Assembly (NCBI GenBank): GCA_965228735.1
Contig: OZ245838.1
Coordinates: 2,112,001-2,176,000 of the forward strand
Direction: 5' to 3'
DNA: 64,000 bases
Source of the DNA: Planctomycetota bacterium
GTDB lineage: Bacteria > Planctomycetota > UBA1135 > UBA2386
Each line of letters begins with the position of its first letter. The stretch's first letter is position 1. A program made the translations under genes and the position numbers. This document shows positions 33,266 to 43,514 of this stretch, piece after piece. The notes below the pieces were generated by a model. It had not been told where the DNA came from, did not search any database, and was given only the letters and a program-made list of their open reading frames with translations.

Positions 33266-34603
33266 ATGAAGCTCGAGACTCTCGCCCCGTCGGCCCTGCT
33301 GCTCCTGATCAGCGCGCACGCGACCGCTCAGACCGGTTGGAACGACATCACGACCCAGCCTCATCCGGATTGGATGTCGAGCACGTGCTATGACTCGACT
33401 CGGCAGTCCCTCGTCGTATTCCGGCACTTCGGCGGCGCGATGACCGTCTCCGAGTTTGACGGTGCCGGTTGGACGATCACGCCAGCAGTCGGCTACCCAT
33501 CGATCGCTTCGCTCGCGGGCGGTTGGGCGGGCTACGACCCGACGAACGATTCGTTCTTGCTGACGATGACCGATCCCAGCTTCCAAACCCAAACCGTCAC
33601 CTGGGACCGCAGCACATGGACGCTGCGCGCCGTGAGTTCGTTCCCGCCGACGCTATTCGGCCTGGTGTGGCACAGCGGCCGCGAGAGTTTCATTGCACTC
33701 TCGCTGGCGAATCTCGGCTCCAGCAACTCGTCGTTGCGACTCGTCGAATGGAATGGAGCAGGCTGGGCGTTCCTTACGGCCCGCACAGCACCCGTGACAA
33801 GCGCAGCTCTCGCGTACGACGACAGCCTCGATGAACTGGTCGTTCTGGCGATCAACGGCAGCCAGAGCTCGACGTTTCGCGTCGACCTCGCGACTTCGGC
33901 ATGGCAACAGGTCACCCACCCGCCCCTGGGAACCCCTCACCTCGCCCTGGCCACCGACCAGGCGAACGGACGATTGTTCGGCTTGGCGAGCAACCGCACG
34001 ACGTTGGAGTTCACGGGATCCGGCTGGGAGCGCCACGCGCACGGCACTGCGCCGCCATCCAACTCCGGATTCGGCTACACGTTCGTCCACTTCCCGCCGC
34101 TGAATGGGTTCGTCCTGGTGCAAAATCAACCGAACCAACTCGAGCGATGCGGCAGCTATCTGTACCGGCCGGCCGAGCACGTGGCTCCGAAGTTCGGTCT
34201 CCATCACCCTGGTTGCAGCACCATGGCGACGCCGTCCATCGACCTCGCTGCAGGCTCTCCACTCCTCGGTCAGAGCTTCGACCTTCGTGTCGGCGGGCTC
34301 TCGCCAACGAGTTCGCGCGTGTTCCTGACCAGCGGCTTCCGTGACGACCTGCACCAGGGCGGCCCGCTGCCTTTCGAGATGAGTGGGCTCGGTCTGCCGG
34401 GCTGTTTCCTCAACGTCGAGTGCCGAATCACCGATTCGACAGCTGCGCACGCCGGCTCGGCGACCTTCCAGGTACTGTTGCCGCTCGACCTCGACTTCAT
34501 CGGTTTGCGGTTCTTCTACCAAGCCCTCGTCATCGATCCGCAGCTCTCGAACGCGCTCGGCGCGATCGTCACTGACTCGATGACAGGTACCGTGGGTTGG
34601 TAG
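33266..34603 (+). CDS. Secreted Kelch-like propeller protein
   Basis: Signal peptide ending ATAQ; YDSTRQSLVVF / EFDGAGW / EWNGAGW repeats; shared C-terminal domain. Confidence 0.75.
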   Translation: MKLETLAPSALLLLISAHATAQTGWNDITTQPHPDWMSSTCYDSTRQSLVVFRHFGGAMTVSEFDGAGWTITPAVGYPSIASLAGGWAGYDPTNDSFLLTMTDPSFQTQTVTWDRSTWTLRAVSSFPPTLFGLVWHSGRESFIALSLANLGSSNSSLRLVEWNGAGWAFLTARTAPVTSAALAYDDSLDELVVLAINGSQSSTFRVDLATSAWQQVTHPPLGTPHLALATDQANGRLFGLASNRTTLEFTGSGWERHAHGTAPPSNSGFGYTFVHFPPLNGFVLVQNQPNQLERCGSYLYRPAEHVAPKFGLHHPGCSTMATPSIDLAAGSPLLGQSFDLRVGGLSPTSSRVFLTSGFRDDLHQGGPLPFEMSGLGLPGCFLNVECRITDSTAAHAGSATFQVLLPLDLDFIGLRFFYQALVIDPQLSNALGAIVTDSMTGTVGW

Positions 34604-34623
34604 CGGAGAGCCGCCGCCACCGG

Positions 34624-35073
34624 CTAGAACGGGATGTCGCCGTAGTCGACGTCGCCGCCGCCCTCGCCGCCGGCCGCGGCCTCGGACGCGCCGCCGCTGC
34701 TGCGCGCGCGACCACCGCCGCCACCCCCACCGCTGCCGCGCTGGCCACCGCCGCCGACGAACTGGAAGTTCTCGACGACGACTTCGAGCTTGCTGCGCTT
34801 GCCGCCTTCCTGACTCTCCCAGGTCGAGTACTCGAGCCGGCCTTCGACGAAGAGCTGGCTGCCCTTGCCGACGTACTGCGCCAGGACTTCAGCCTGTCGA
34901 CCCCACGCCGTCATGTCGACGAAGCACGTCGACTCCTTCTGCTCGCCATTCGCCGACCACTTGCGATTCACGGCCATGCCGAATTTGGCCAGCGCCATGC
35001 CGCTCTGGGTGTGCCGCATTTCGATGTCGCGGGTCAGATTGCCCAGCAGGATCACCTTGTTGAAGTTCGCCAT
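34624..35073 (-). CDS. ssb: Single-stranded DNA-binding protein
   Basis: MANFNKVILLGNLTRD, KGSQLFVEGRL, Gly-rich linker, C-terminal DIPF. Confidence 0.97.
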   Translation of the reverse strand: MANFNKVILLGNLTRDIEMRHTQSGMALAKFGMAVNRKWSANGEQKESTCFVDMTAWGRQAEVLAQYVGKGSQLFVEGRLEYSTWESQEGGKRSKLEVVVENFQFVGGGGQRGSGGGGGGGRARSSGGASEAAAGGEGGGDVDYGDIPF

Positions 35074-35181
35074 CGTTGTTCGCTCTCGAGAGGGTTTCAG
35101 ACCAAAGCGTGATCGTAGAGCAGGGCCGCTTCGGATCCAACGAACTGGTGCGGGACCGCGCCCCGGGCTACGCTGGCGCCC

Positions 35182-35520
35182 GTGACGGCTCCGCAGCAAG
35201 ACCGTCGTCGCGCGCCCCGCGCGCTCGGCGACTTTCCGATTCGCTTCTCCGAGGACCCCGACGCCGCGCCAGCCCAGCTGCGCGACATCTCGGAGATCGG
35301 CCTGGCCTGCCGGTCGCCGCGCGAATTGCCCGAACTCACGCAGATCAAGCTCGAGTTCCAGCTGCCCGGAGCGACGCAGGTCCACCGCATCACGGGCGCG
35401 ATCGTGCGCTGCGACCCGCTCGAGGACGGGGCGTTCGACGTCGCGGTGTTCTTCACGGACATCCAGACCGAGACGCGGGCCTCGCTGTCGAACTTCGTCC
35501 GCAAGAGCAAGCCCGCCTGA
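35182..35520 (+). CDS. PilZ domain protein
   Basis: DRRRAPR (RxxxR) and DISEIG (DxSxxG) c-di-GMP-binding motifs. Confidence 0.85.
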   Translation: MTAPQQDRRRAPRALGDFPIRFSEDPDAAPAQLRDISEIGLACRSPRELPELTQIKLEFQLPGATQVHRITGAIVRCDPLEDGAFDVAVFFTDIQTETRASLSNFVRKSKPA

Positions 35521-35654
35521 GCCGACCGCCCGCGGGCACCACGCGACCACCCCCCGAGCTGATGCCTTGCGTGTGGTCGGACACCCGCAAGTCGTTGCCT
35601 GCACCGCGGTCGCGGGCACGGGTCCGTCTCGACCGCAGCCCCGCCACGGCAAGC

Positions 35655-35703
35655 GCGCGGCCCGGCGACACCTGGGCGCGGCCCGGCGGCACCTGGGCGC
35701 GGC
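35655..35703 (+). repeat. 21-bp intergenic tandem repeat x2.3
   Basis: GCGCGGCCCGGCGRCACCTGG at 35655 and 35676, partial unit at 35697. Confidence 0.7.
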
Positions 35704-35730
35704 GGGCCCCGGAGAACCACACTCATGACA

Positions 35731-36594
35731 TCAGTTCCGGCGTTGCGCGAGCAGCGTTCGGTCGATGCCGGCCGCATCGGCCCGCAGTTCCACTCCTTCG
35801 AGCTCCGCCGCACCGGCGAGCAGCGCGAGTGCCGGGGCGCTCGCCCCCACGCCGGTCTCGAGCACGACCGCGCCGCCGGGCCGCAGGTGCTGCGGCAGCC
35901 CCGCGATGATGGCGCGATAGCAGCTCAGCACGTCGCCGCTCTGCGTGAACAGCGCGAGCGGCGGTTCGTGCGCCCGCACGTCGGCGGCGAGCCCGTCCGC
36001 GGCGTCGGGATCGATATAGGGCGGGTTGCTGACGACGAGGTCGAACTGCGCTGTCGGCGTGACCGGCTCCCACCACGAGCCGCGCAGGAACTCCACCCGG
36101 TCGGACACGCCGTGACGCTCCGCGTTGGCGCGCGCGATCGCGAGCGCGTTCTCGCTCACGTCGACCGCGGTGACGTGCAGGTCGGGACGTTCGATCGCGA
36201 GCGCGAGCGCAATCGCCCCGCTGCCCGTGCCGAGATCGATGCAGCGCCCGCCCTGCGGTGCGTGTTCGAGCGCGAGGTCGACGAGGTCCTCGGTCTCGGG
36301 CCGCGGCACGAGGACGGCCTTGCTGACCGCGAGCTCGTGGCCGCGGAACGACCAGCTGCCGAGCAGGTGCGCGACGGGCTCACCGTCACCGCGCCGCCGC
36401 AACAAATCGCGCATGCGGCCGCGTTCGTCGTCGTCGAGCGGCCGATCGTGCGCGAGGTAGAGGTCGAGCCGGCTCAGTCCGAGCACGTGACCGAGCAGCA
36501 ACTCGGCGGAGCGCTGCGGTGCCTCCGCGCCGCGCTGCTGCAGCCACTCCGCGGCACCGCGGAGCACGCTGACGACGGTGTGGGACGGCGTCAT
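35731..36594 (-). CDS. prmC: Release factor glutamine methyltransferase
   Basis: GEPVAHLLG, VLVPRPETE, DLGTGSGAI, VSNPPY; near prfA. Confidence 0.96.
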   Translation of the reverse strand: MTPSHTVVSVLRGAAEWLQQRGAEAPQRSAELLLGHVLGLSRLDLYLAHDRPLDDDERGRMRDLLRRRGDGEPVAHLLGSWSFRGHELAVSKAVLVPRPETEDLVDLALEHAPQGGRCIDLGTGSGAIALALAIERPDLHVTAVDVSENALAIARANAERHGVSDRVEFLRGSWWEPVTPTAQFDLVVSNPPYIDPDAADGLAADVRAHEPPLALFTQSGDVLSCYRAIIAGLPQHLRPGGAVVLETGVGASAPALALLAGAAELEGVELRADAAGIDRTLLAQRRN

Positions 36595-36626
36595 GATCCG
36601 ATCATGCGCCAACCGCGCCGGCGGGA

Positions 36627-37376
36627 CTACTTGCCCTTGCCGGCGCCCTTGCCGGCGTCGCCACCCTTGGACTGACGACGCTTCTCGGCCGCGGCGGCCA
36701 TCTTGGCCTGCTTGAGCTCCTTGTTCTTCTTCGCGCCGCCCATGACGCCGCCGATGAAGCCGAGCTCGGCGAGGACCGCGCCGAGAAACACGAAGAACAC
36801 GCCCGGGCCGAGCAGACGCCAGAAGTTGCTGACGCGCACCCCGGACTCCTCGTCCTTCGCGAGGACGCCGCCGAGGTCGCCGAAGAAGTCACCCCAGGTC
36901 GCCGGGAACGGGAACTCGCCGCCGATGTAGCCGCGCGCGAACGCGAGGTCGTAGGCCTTCTGCGGATCGAAGCCCGTCATCGTGAGGATCGTCCCGATCA
37001 GCGGAATGAAGCACAGCAGCAGCCACAGGATGCTGGAGCCGCCCGAGCGGTTGGTGTTGATGGCCGCCCACCACGTGCGGATCATCCCGATCGCGAGCAC
37101 GAGGTAGACCGCGCCGCCGATCGTCTGGTAGCCCGCCGCGCCGAAGTTGGCGTCGAACGGCATCAGCGTGCCGATCAGCATGAGGATGCCGGCCCAGAGG
37201 AACCTGTAGTACGACTTGTCCCGGCAGAAGGGGTTCATCGCCGGAGCGGGCAGGCCGGAACGCATCGCCTGCATCATCGCTTCGTCCGACGTCATGCCTA
37301 CCGGCGCGGGCGCTGCGCCCGCATCCAGGGGCTCGAGCGGCTCGAGAGTGGCGAGATCACCAGGGGTCTGGCTCAT
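36627..37376 (-). CDS. Hypothetical integral membrane protein
   Basis: About 4 TM helices and a Lys-rich tail; lies between prfA and prmC. Confidence 0.8.
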   Translation of the reverse strand: MSQTPGDLATLEPLEPLDAGAAPAPVGMTSDEAMMQAMRSGLPAPAMNPFCRDKSYYRFLWAGILMLIGTLMPFDANFGAAGYQTIGGAVYLVLAIGMIRTWWAAINTNRSGGSSILWLLLCFIPLIGTILTMTGFDPQKAYDLAFARGYIGGEFPFPATWGDFFGDLGGVLAKDEESGVRVSNFWRLLGPGVFFVFLGAVLAELGFIGGVMGGAKKNKELKQAKMAAAAEKRRQSKGGDAGKGAGKGK

Positions 37377-37559
37377 GTTCGTTCGATCGATTCGTGAGGG
37401 GGTCGAGAAGGAGGCGCGGCATCTTCGCGGACGGGCCCGCCGGAGTCACCAACGAAAGAGCCGAATGGCAGGTTCGGCGGGCGCCGGCGCTTTCCGGCGC
37501 CTCCCACGGGGCTGGCGGCCTGGCCCACAGGACCGTCACCAGCCGCGGGATCCGCGGGC

Positions 37560-38633
37560 TCAGAGTCCGGCGATCGCCCGCTCGCGGCGGTCGTGGAGCA
37601 GCAGCTCGATCACGGGCTCGAGCCGGCCCTCGAGCACCTGGGCGAGCGCGAAGTTCTTGTTCACCCGGTGATCCGTGAGTCGATCCTGCGGGAAGTTGTA
37701 GGTCCGGATCCGGTCGCTGCGATCGCCCGAGCCGACCTGCTCCTTGCGCTCGGCCGCGCGTGCGGCCTCCGCCTGCCGCCGCTGCCGCTCGTAGATCCGC
37801 GAGCGCAGCATCGTCATCGCCTTCGCCCGGTTCTTGATCTGACTGCGCTCCTCCTGGCACGTCACGACGGTGCCCGTCGGGATGTGCGTGATCCGAACGG
37901 CCGAGTCGGTCTTGTTGACGTGCTGGCCGCCGGCGCCCGAGCTGCGGTAGGTGTCGATGCGCAGATCGCCGGTGTCGATGTGCACCTCGACCTCCTCGAC
38001 CTCGGGCAGCACCGCGACCGTGCACGCCGACGTGTGCACGCGCCCGCGCGCCTCGGTTTCGGGCACGCGTTGCACGCGGTGCCCGCCGGACTCGAACTGC
38101 ATCTCGTGGAAGACGTTCGTGCCCTTGAGCTGGAAGAACACCTCCTTGAAGCCGCCCTTCTCCGACGGCGTGCTGTCGAGCGGCTGGAACGACCAGCCGC
38201 GGCGGGCCGCGAAACGCTGGTAGACCCCGACGAGATCGCGCACGAACAGCGCGGCCTCGTCGCCGCCCGTCCCGGCGCGGATCTCGACGATGCAGTCGCG
38301 GCTGTCGTCGCCCTGCCCAGCGAGCAGCATGTCGAGCAGCTCGTCGGCCTCCCGCTGCGCCTTCTGCTCGAGCTCGGGCAGCTCGCTGCGCGCGAGGTCG
38401 GCGAGGTCCTTGTCCTCACCGTCCAGCAAGGACCGGTGCTCCTCGATCTCCTCGACGAGGCGTTGATGGCTCTGGTAACGATCGACCGCGATCGCGGACT
38501 TGCCGAGTTCACGCTGGAGCTTCGCGAGCTCCTCGTGCGGCGTGTCGGGGTTGGCAGAACGGGCGGTGAGTTCGGCGACCCGCGCCACCATGGCGTCGAG
38601 GCGCTGACGCACGCGCGGGCGCAGGTAACTCAT
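37560..38633 (-). CDS. prfA: Peptide chain release factor 1
   Basis: EIRAGTGGDEAALF, RVPETE (PxT), GAGGQHVN, IRTYNFPQ. Confidence 0.97.
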   Translation of the reverse strand: MSYLRPRVRQRLDAMVARVAELTARSANPDTPHEELAKLQRELGKSAIAVDRYQSHQRLVEEIEEHRSLLDGEDKDLADLARSELPELEQKAQREADELLDMLLAGQGDDSRDCIVEIRAGTGGDEAALFVRDLVGVYQRFAARRGWSFQPLDSTPSEKGGFKEVFFQLKGTNVFHEMQFESGGHRVQRVPETEARGRVHTSACTVAVLPEVEEVEVHIDTGDLRIDTYRSSGAGGQHVNKTDSAVRITHIPTGTVVTCQEERSQIKNRAKAMTMLRSRIYERQRRQAEAARAAERKEQVGSGDRSDRIRTYNFPQDRLTDHRVNKNFALAQVLEGRLEPVIELLLHDRRERAIAGL

Positions 38634-38724
38634 GCGCGGGATCTCGCGAGCGGAACGGCGGCAGGGTCAACGATCACGCCGCACCCGAACGAGGCCGCAT
38701 GATCGAACGGAGCGCGCGCCGCGG

Positions 38725-38937
38725 CTACGAGGTCGCCTTCTTCTTGCCGTAGCGCTTCAGGAAGCGATCGACGCGGCCGGCCGAGTCGACGAACTTGGCC
38801 GCGCCCGTGTAGAACGGGTGGCAAGCCGAGCAGATATCGGTGCGGATCTCGCTCTTGATCGAACGCGTCTCGAACGTGTTGCCGCAGGCGCAGCTGACCT
38901 TGCACACGACGTATTTGGGGTGGATCTCGGCTTTCAT
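38725..38937 (-). CDS. rpmE: 50S ribosomal protein L31 (zinc-binding type)
   Basis: [13 protein letters not shown]...[12 protein letters not shown]...GRVDRF. Confidence 0.97.
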   Translation of the reverse strand: MKAEIHPKYVVCKVSCACGNTFETRSIKSEIRTDICSACHPFYTGAAKFVDSAGRVDRFLKRYGKKKATS

Positions 38938-39041
38938 GGTGGGCACCCGCGCGGGCCGGAACCGGCCCAACGCGGCGGAGCATCCTAGGCAGCTGCGGGC
39001 CATTATCAAGAGGCGCCGTGATCGGCGCCCGCGGCGGCGCC

Positions 39042-39539
39042 CTACCGCACCCAGGCCAGCAGGTTCTCGAGGCGCCGCTGCTCGACCCGGAAGTCGATCG
39101 TGACGAACCGATCCGCCCGGATCGGCCGTTCGGGGATCAGCGCGCCGAGGATCTCCGCGAGGGTCGCCCGGGCCCGCGAATCCAGGTGCGCGAACTCCGG
39201 GGTCGGCAGCAGGATCACGGCCGTGCAGACCGCCATCTCGGGCCCCTCGGGCCGCGGGGACGGGCGCCGCAGCGCGTAGCTGCCGTCGCGGAACACCTGG
39301 ATCACGGGCGCCGCGTCGGGCGGGACCGCGGCGCGCTGCGAGCCGAGCAGGACCGAGCCGGCGACGGCCGTGAGCCGAACGGGCGGCGGCAGCGGCGGCT
39401 CGGCGAACCGGCGCGGGCGGACCGCGGCGACGCTAGCATCGACTTCGTGCACGGCGAGGTCGAGCACCACCACCGCGGCGACCGCGGCCACGAGCGTGAG
39501 CCCGATCCGCGCCGCCATCGACCGCGGCCACACCGTCAT
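39042..39539 (-). CDS. Membrane-anchored hypothetical protein
   Basis: ATGA overlap with the maf stop; N-terminal TM helix. Confidence 0.65.
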   Translation of the reverse strand: MTVWPRSMAARIGLTLVAAVAAVVVLDLAVHEVDASVAAVRPRRFAEPPLPPPVRLTAVAGSVLLGSQRAAVPPDAAPVIQVFRDGSYALRRPSPRPEGPEMAVCTAVILLPTPEFAHLDSRARATLAEILGALIPERPIRADRFVTIDFRVEQRRLENLLAWVR

Positions 39540-40114
39540 GACCGGGTCGCGGCCAGGAGCCGCCGAACGGCCTCGACGTGCAGCCCGACGACCGCGTCGA
39601 ACGGGCCGTCGACGAGGGTGAGGAAGCCCTGCTCTTCGTCCTGGATGCCGTAGCCCCCCGCCTTGCCCTGCCACTGCCCGGACTCGAGGTAGCGCTCGAG
39701 CTCCGCCGGACTCGGCTGGCGGCACCGCACGGTCGCGGTCGCGACCTCGGTCCGCGGTTCACGATCCGATCCCCCCGGGACCAGGCAGTGGCCGGTGTGG
39801 ACCCGGTGGTCCCGACCGGCGAGCGTGAGCAGCATCGCGCGCGCGGCGTCCCGATCCTTCGGCTTGCCGAGCTCGCGACCGTCGAGATCGACGACCGTGT
39901 CGACCCCGAGCACCGGCACGCCGCCCATCGCATCACGCGTCACGATCGGCGCATCACCGGCCTTGCGCCGGGCCCGCGCGAGCGCGAGCTGGCGCGGGTC
40001 GGCGGCCTCGCCGGCGACGTGTTCCACCCCGGGCTCGCACAGCGCGAACGTGAAGCCGGCCTGCTCGAGCAGCTGACGCCGGCGGGGCGAGGTGGAGGCA
40101 AGGTGGAGGTCCAC
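39536..40114 (-). CDS. maf: Maf-family nucleoside triphosphate pyrophosphatase
   Basis: LASTSPRRRQLL, GVDTVV...GKP, GKAGGYGIQ, VVGL. Confidence 0.93.
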   Translation of the reverse strand: MDLHLASTSPRRRQLLEQAGFTFALCEPGVEHVAGEAADPRQLALARARRKAGDAPIVTRDAMGGVPVLGVDTVVDLDGRELGKPKDRDAARAMLLTLAGRDHRVHTGHCLVPGGSDREPRTEVATATVRCRQPSPAELERYLESGQWQGKAGGYGIQDEEQGFLTLVDGPFDAVVGLHVEAVRRLLAATRS

Positions 40115-40241
40115 GCGCTCGATCCTCGCGCGCGAGCCGAGTGACCGCAAGGAACGTTCGGCCCGCCGACCTCGCCTGCGCGGCCCGACGACCGGGTCGG
40201 GGCGCGACCAGGCGGCGGGGTCGGAGCGCGATTCGGCGCGC

Positions 40242-41021
40242 TCAGCGGCGCCGCTTCGGAATCTTCGGCGGCGGCGCGAGGCGGATCAGCAGGCACGCCG
40301 GCGAGAGTTCGTGGGTCAGGTTGGGCTTGCCGCCCGTCCCGTGCTTGCCGACGTCGAGCGGCAGGTGGCCGAACGGCTTCACGAGGGCGCGCACGTGCGC
40401 GAAGAAGTCGTTCGCCGCCTTGTTCTTCGGGTCGATGCCGAGGCGCTGCTGGGCGCGCAGCGTCGACTTCTCGGAGAAGCAGACCTCTTCGACCGTGAGC
40501 AGGTGCGTGAGGAAGCCGACGACCTCGTCGGGCATCCCGGGCACGCGCTGGAAGAACATGTTGCGGTCGCTGATCGCGGCCTGCCGCATGAAGTCGAGGG
40601 TGATGCCGTTCTGGTCGGCGTAGACCTGCGAGATCATGTCGCGCACCGCCAGGCAGCGATCGAACAGGTTCGGGATCTCGAGGTCGCTGAGCATCGCCTC
40701 GACCTCGTAGGCCTCGGTGACGCGGAACTCGTTGCGGTCGACGAAGCTCTCGTCGATCCGGCGCCGCACTTCCTGGCCGTAGCCGCACGGCAGCCCCTGG
40801 GCGAACGCGATGTGAACGGCGGCGTCCACGAGGTCGAGCAGCTCCGGCTCCTCGGGCGGCGTCAACGTCGCGAGCACCTTCTCGAACTCGGCGAGCGTCG
40901 ACTTGAACGTCGCCGGGCTGGCGGTGATCGGCTCGCGCGGATCCGGCGGCGGCGCCGGCTCCTTCGGCTTGGCCTTCGCCTTGGCGCTGCTCTTGGTCTT
41001 CTTCTTCGACTTGGCGGGCAC
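40242..41021 (-). CDS. Hypothetical protein, possibly a degenerate HhH/endonuclease III-like fold
   Basis: Lys-rich N-terminus; FVDRNEFRV pattern; host codon bias. The fold call is tentative. Confidence 0.65.
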   Translation of the reverse strand: MPAKSKKKTKSSAKAKAKPKEPAPPPDPREPITASPATFKSTLAEFEKVLATLTPPEEPELLDLVDAAVHIAFAQGLPCGYGQEVRRRIDESFVDRNEFRVTEAYEVEAMLSDLEIPNLFDRCLAVRDMISQVYADQNGITLDFMRQAAISDRNMFFQRVPGMPDEVVGFLTHLLTVEEVCFSEKSTLRAQQRLGIDPKNKAANDFFAHVRALVKPFGHLPLDVGKHGTGGKPNLTHELSPACLLIRLAPPPKIPKRRR

Positions 41022-41178
41022 GTGGTCTCTCTGGTCCGTCGCGCGGCGCGCAGGCGCGTTGCGGGGTCGCGAACGTCGAATCACTGGGCGGCCCGGACGA
41101 ACTCAGCGAGCGATCGGCGCTCGATGAGCCGGCGGGGCGCGATCCGAACCGGAGCAGCTCGGCGAGCTGCCCCCGCTC

Positions 41179-41559
41179 TCAGCTCTCGCCGCCGCCCTCG
41201 GCCTCGGCCGCGGCCGGCTTGGCCTTGGGCTTGCGCACCTTCTTCTTCGGCGGCGTCCAGGCCTTCGGCTTGGCCTTGCTCTTCTTGCGGACCCGCTTCT
41301 TCGGCGTCGGCAGCTCGATGCCGTGCTTCTCGCACAGCTGGCCCACTGTCGGCGACGGCTTCGCGCCGACCGAGAGCCAATAGCTGATGCGCTCGGCGTT
41401 GAGCTTGACCTGTTCGCCGGCGCGCGGCATCAGCGGCAGGTAGTAGCCCACCGACTCGATGATCCGACCATCGCGGGGGCAGCGGGGGTCGGCCGCCACG
41501 ACGCGATACGTCGGGTGGTTCAGGCGTCCAAAGCGTTTGAGGCGAAGCGTGACTGCCAA
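41179..41559 (-). CDS. rpsP: 30S ribosomal protein S16
   Basis: AVTLRLKRFG..PTYRVVAAD...RDGRIIE.VGYY..YWLSVGAKPS. Confidence 0.96.
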   Translation of the reverse strand: MAVTLRLKRFGRLNHPTYRVVAADPRCPRDGRIIESVGYYLPLMPRAGEQVKLNAERISYWLSVGAKPSPTVGQLCEKHGIELPTPKKRVRKKSKAKPKAWTPPKKKVRKPKAKPAAAEAEGGGES

Positions 41560-41736
41560 GGGAACGGGTCTCCGAAGGGTCTAGGCCGCGAAAAGGGGCC
41601 GAGTAGGTAACCAGAACGGGCCAAGCGTTGCCAGTGGTTTTTGCGACCGTTCCGCGGGCCAGCGACCCCACGGGGCCGCGAATCGTCCCGGGCACCAACG
41701 CCCCGAGTCCGCCCGCCGCGCGCCGACCGTCCCGGC

Positions 41737-43269
41737 CTAACGCCGCCGCCGGCCGCCGCCGAAGCCGCCGCGCCCCTTGCCCTTGCCCTTGCCGCGCCCG
41801 CCCATGCCGCCGAGCCCGCCGAGCCCGCCCATGCCGCCGAGGCCGCCGCCGAGCCCGCCAGCGCCGAGACCCCCACCCCCCATGCCGCCGCCGAGGCCAC
41901 CGAGCCCGCCCAGGCCGCCGCCGGCGCCGCCAGGGCCGCCGCCGCCCATCATCTCGTCGAGCCCGGGCGGCAGACCGCCGCCCTTGCCGAGCTTCTTCAT
42001 GAGGTCCTGCATCGTCTTGAACTGCTTGATCAGTCCGTGCACGGCCTCGAGCGGGTTGCCCGAGCCCTGCGCGATGCGGCGCCGCCGCTGCACGTCGATG
42101 ATCTCCGGCTTGCGGCGCTCCCGCACCGTCATCGAGTGGATCATCGCCTCGATGCGCTTGAAGTGCGCGTCGTCGAAGTCGACCTGCTTCAGCATCGAGC
42201 CCACGCCCGGCAGCATGCCGAGCACCTTCTTCAGCGGGCCCATCTTGCGGATCATGTTGAGCTGCGCGATGAAGTCCTCGAAGTTGAAGCGCCCTTTCTG
42301 CAGCTTCCGCGCCTGCTTCTCGGCCTCCTTCTCGTCGATGACCGACTGCGCCTTCTCGACGAGGCCGACGACGTCGCCCATCCCGAGGATGCGACCGGCC
42401 ATCCGGCCGGGATCGAACTCCTCGAACTCGTCGACCTTCTCACCGACACCGGCGAACAGGATCGGCCGGCCGGTGATCTTGACGATCGACAAGGCGGCGC
42501 CGCCGCGCGAGTCGCCGTCGACCTTGGTCATGATCAGACCGTGCAGCGGCAGTCGCGCGTGGAACTCCTTCGCCGAGTTCACCGCGTCCTGACCGAGCAT
42601 CGCGTCGCACACGAGCAGCGCGCCGTGCGGCTTGCACTTTTCGTGCACCTCCTGCAGCTCGCTCATCAGCGCGTCGTCGACGTGCAGACGACCCGCGGTA
42701 TCGAGAATGACGACGTCGTGGCCGTGCGCCTTCGCGTAGTCGACGCCGCGCTTGCACACGTCGGGCGGGCGTTGATCCGTCGGCTCGGCGTGCACCGCGA
42801 TGCCGATCTGCTGGCCGAGCGTCTGCAGCTGCTCGACGGCCGCGGGCCGCTGCAGGTCGGCCGCGACGAGCAGCGGCTTCTTCTTCTTGGTCTGCTGCAG
42901 CCACTTGGCGAGCTTGGCGCACGTCGTCGTCTTGCCGCTGCCCTGCAGGCCGCACATCATGAGCACGAGCGGGCCCTGATCGGCGACGGGCAGCCCGACC
43001 TGCTGGCCCCCGAGCAGGTCCGTCAGCGCGTCGTGGACGCACTTGATGAACTGGTCACCGGGATCGACCGACTCGAGCACCTTCTGCCCGAGGACGCGCT
43101 CGCGGACGTCTTTGACGAAGTCCTTGCTGACCTGGAAGTTGACGTCGGCCTCGAGCAGGGCCTGCCGCACCGCCCGGATGCCGTCGTCGACGTTGGCCGC
43201 GGTGAGGGTCTTCTGACCGACGATCGAGCGGTAGGCGGAGCCGAGCGCGTTCGCGAGCGAATCGAACAT
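41737..43269 (-). CDS. ffh: Signal recognition particle protein
   Basis: ALLEADV, GLQGSGKTTT, DTAGR, TKVDGD, RILGMGD, M domain (RRRRIAQGSG). Confidence 0.97.
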   Translation of the reverse strand: MFDSLANALGSAYRSIVGQKTLTAANVDDGIRAVRQALLEADVNFQVSKDFVKDVRERVLGQKVLESVDPGDQFIKCVHDALTDLLGGQQVGLPVADQGPLVLMMCGLQGSGKTTTCAKLAKWLQQTKKKKPLLVAADLQRPAAVEQLQTLGQQIGIAVHAEPTDQRPPDVCKRGVDYAKAHGHDVVILDTAGRLHVDDALMSELQEVHEKCKPHGALLVCDAMLGQDAVNSAKEFHARLPLHGLIMTKVDGDSRGGAALSIVKITGRPILFAGVGEKVDEFEEFDPGRMAGRILGMGDVVGLVEKAQSVIDEKEAEKQARKLQKGRFNFEDFIAQLNMIRKMGPLKKVLGMLPGVGSMLKQVDFDDAHFKRIEAMIHSMTVRERRKPEIIDVQRRRRIAQGSGNPLEAVHGLIKQFKTMQDLMKKLGKGGGLPPGLDEMMGGGGPGGAGGGLGGLGGLGGGMGGGGLGAGGLGGGLGGMGGLGGLGGMGGRGKGKGKGRGGFGGGRRRR

Positions 43270-43514
43270 TGCGGGCAGGATGTTGGGGCCGATGGTCGGG
43301 GTCAAGCCAGCGTTGCGGCAACCGCCAGACTCGCGACCATGACGCCGCCGGGCGCGGCCGATAGACTGGTTGAACTACGGCCCGAGCGCGGCCTATCCAC
43401 CGGAATAGGCGGCACCTACAGCCGTCCAATTCCGCGTTCCGGCAGTCCCGGGTCGGCCCCGAAACCGGGCACCCGATTCGGTCACCTGGACCGGAACTTG
43501 CAACGAGGTAAGCC

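Noticed and set aside
43270..43514. SRP RNA next to ffh
   Set aside because: No conserved domain IV motif (CAGG...GGAA...AGCAG) seen on either strand.
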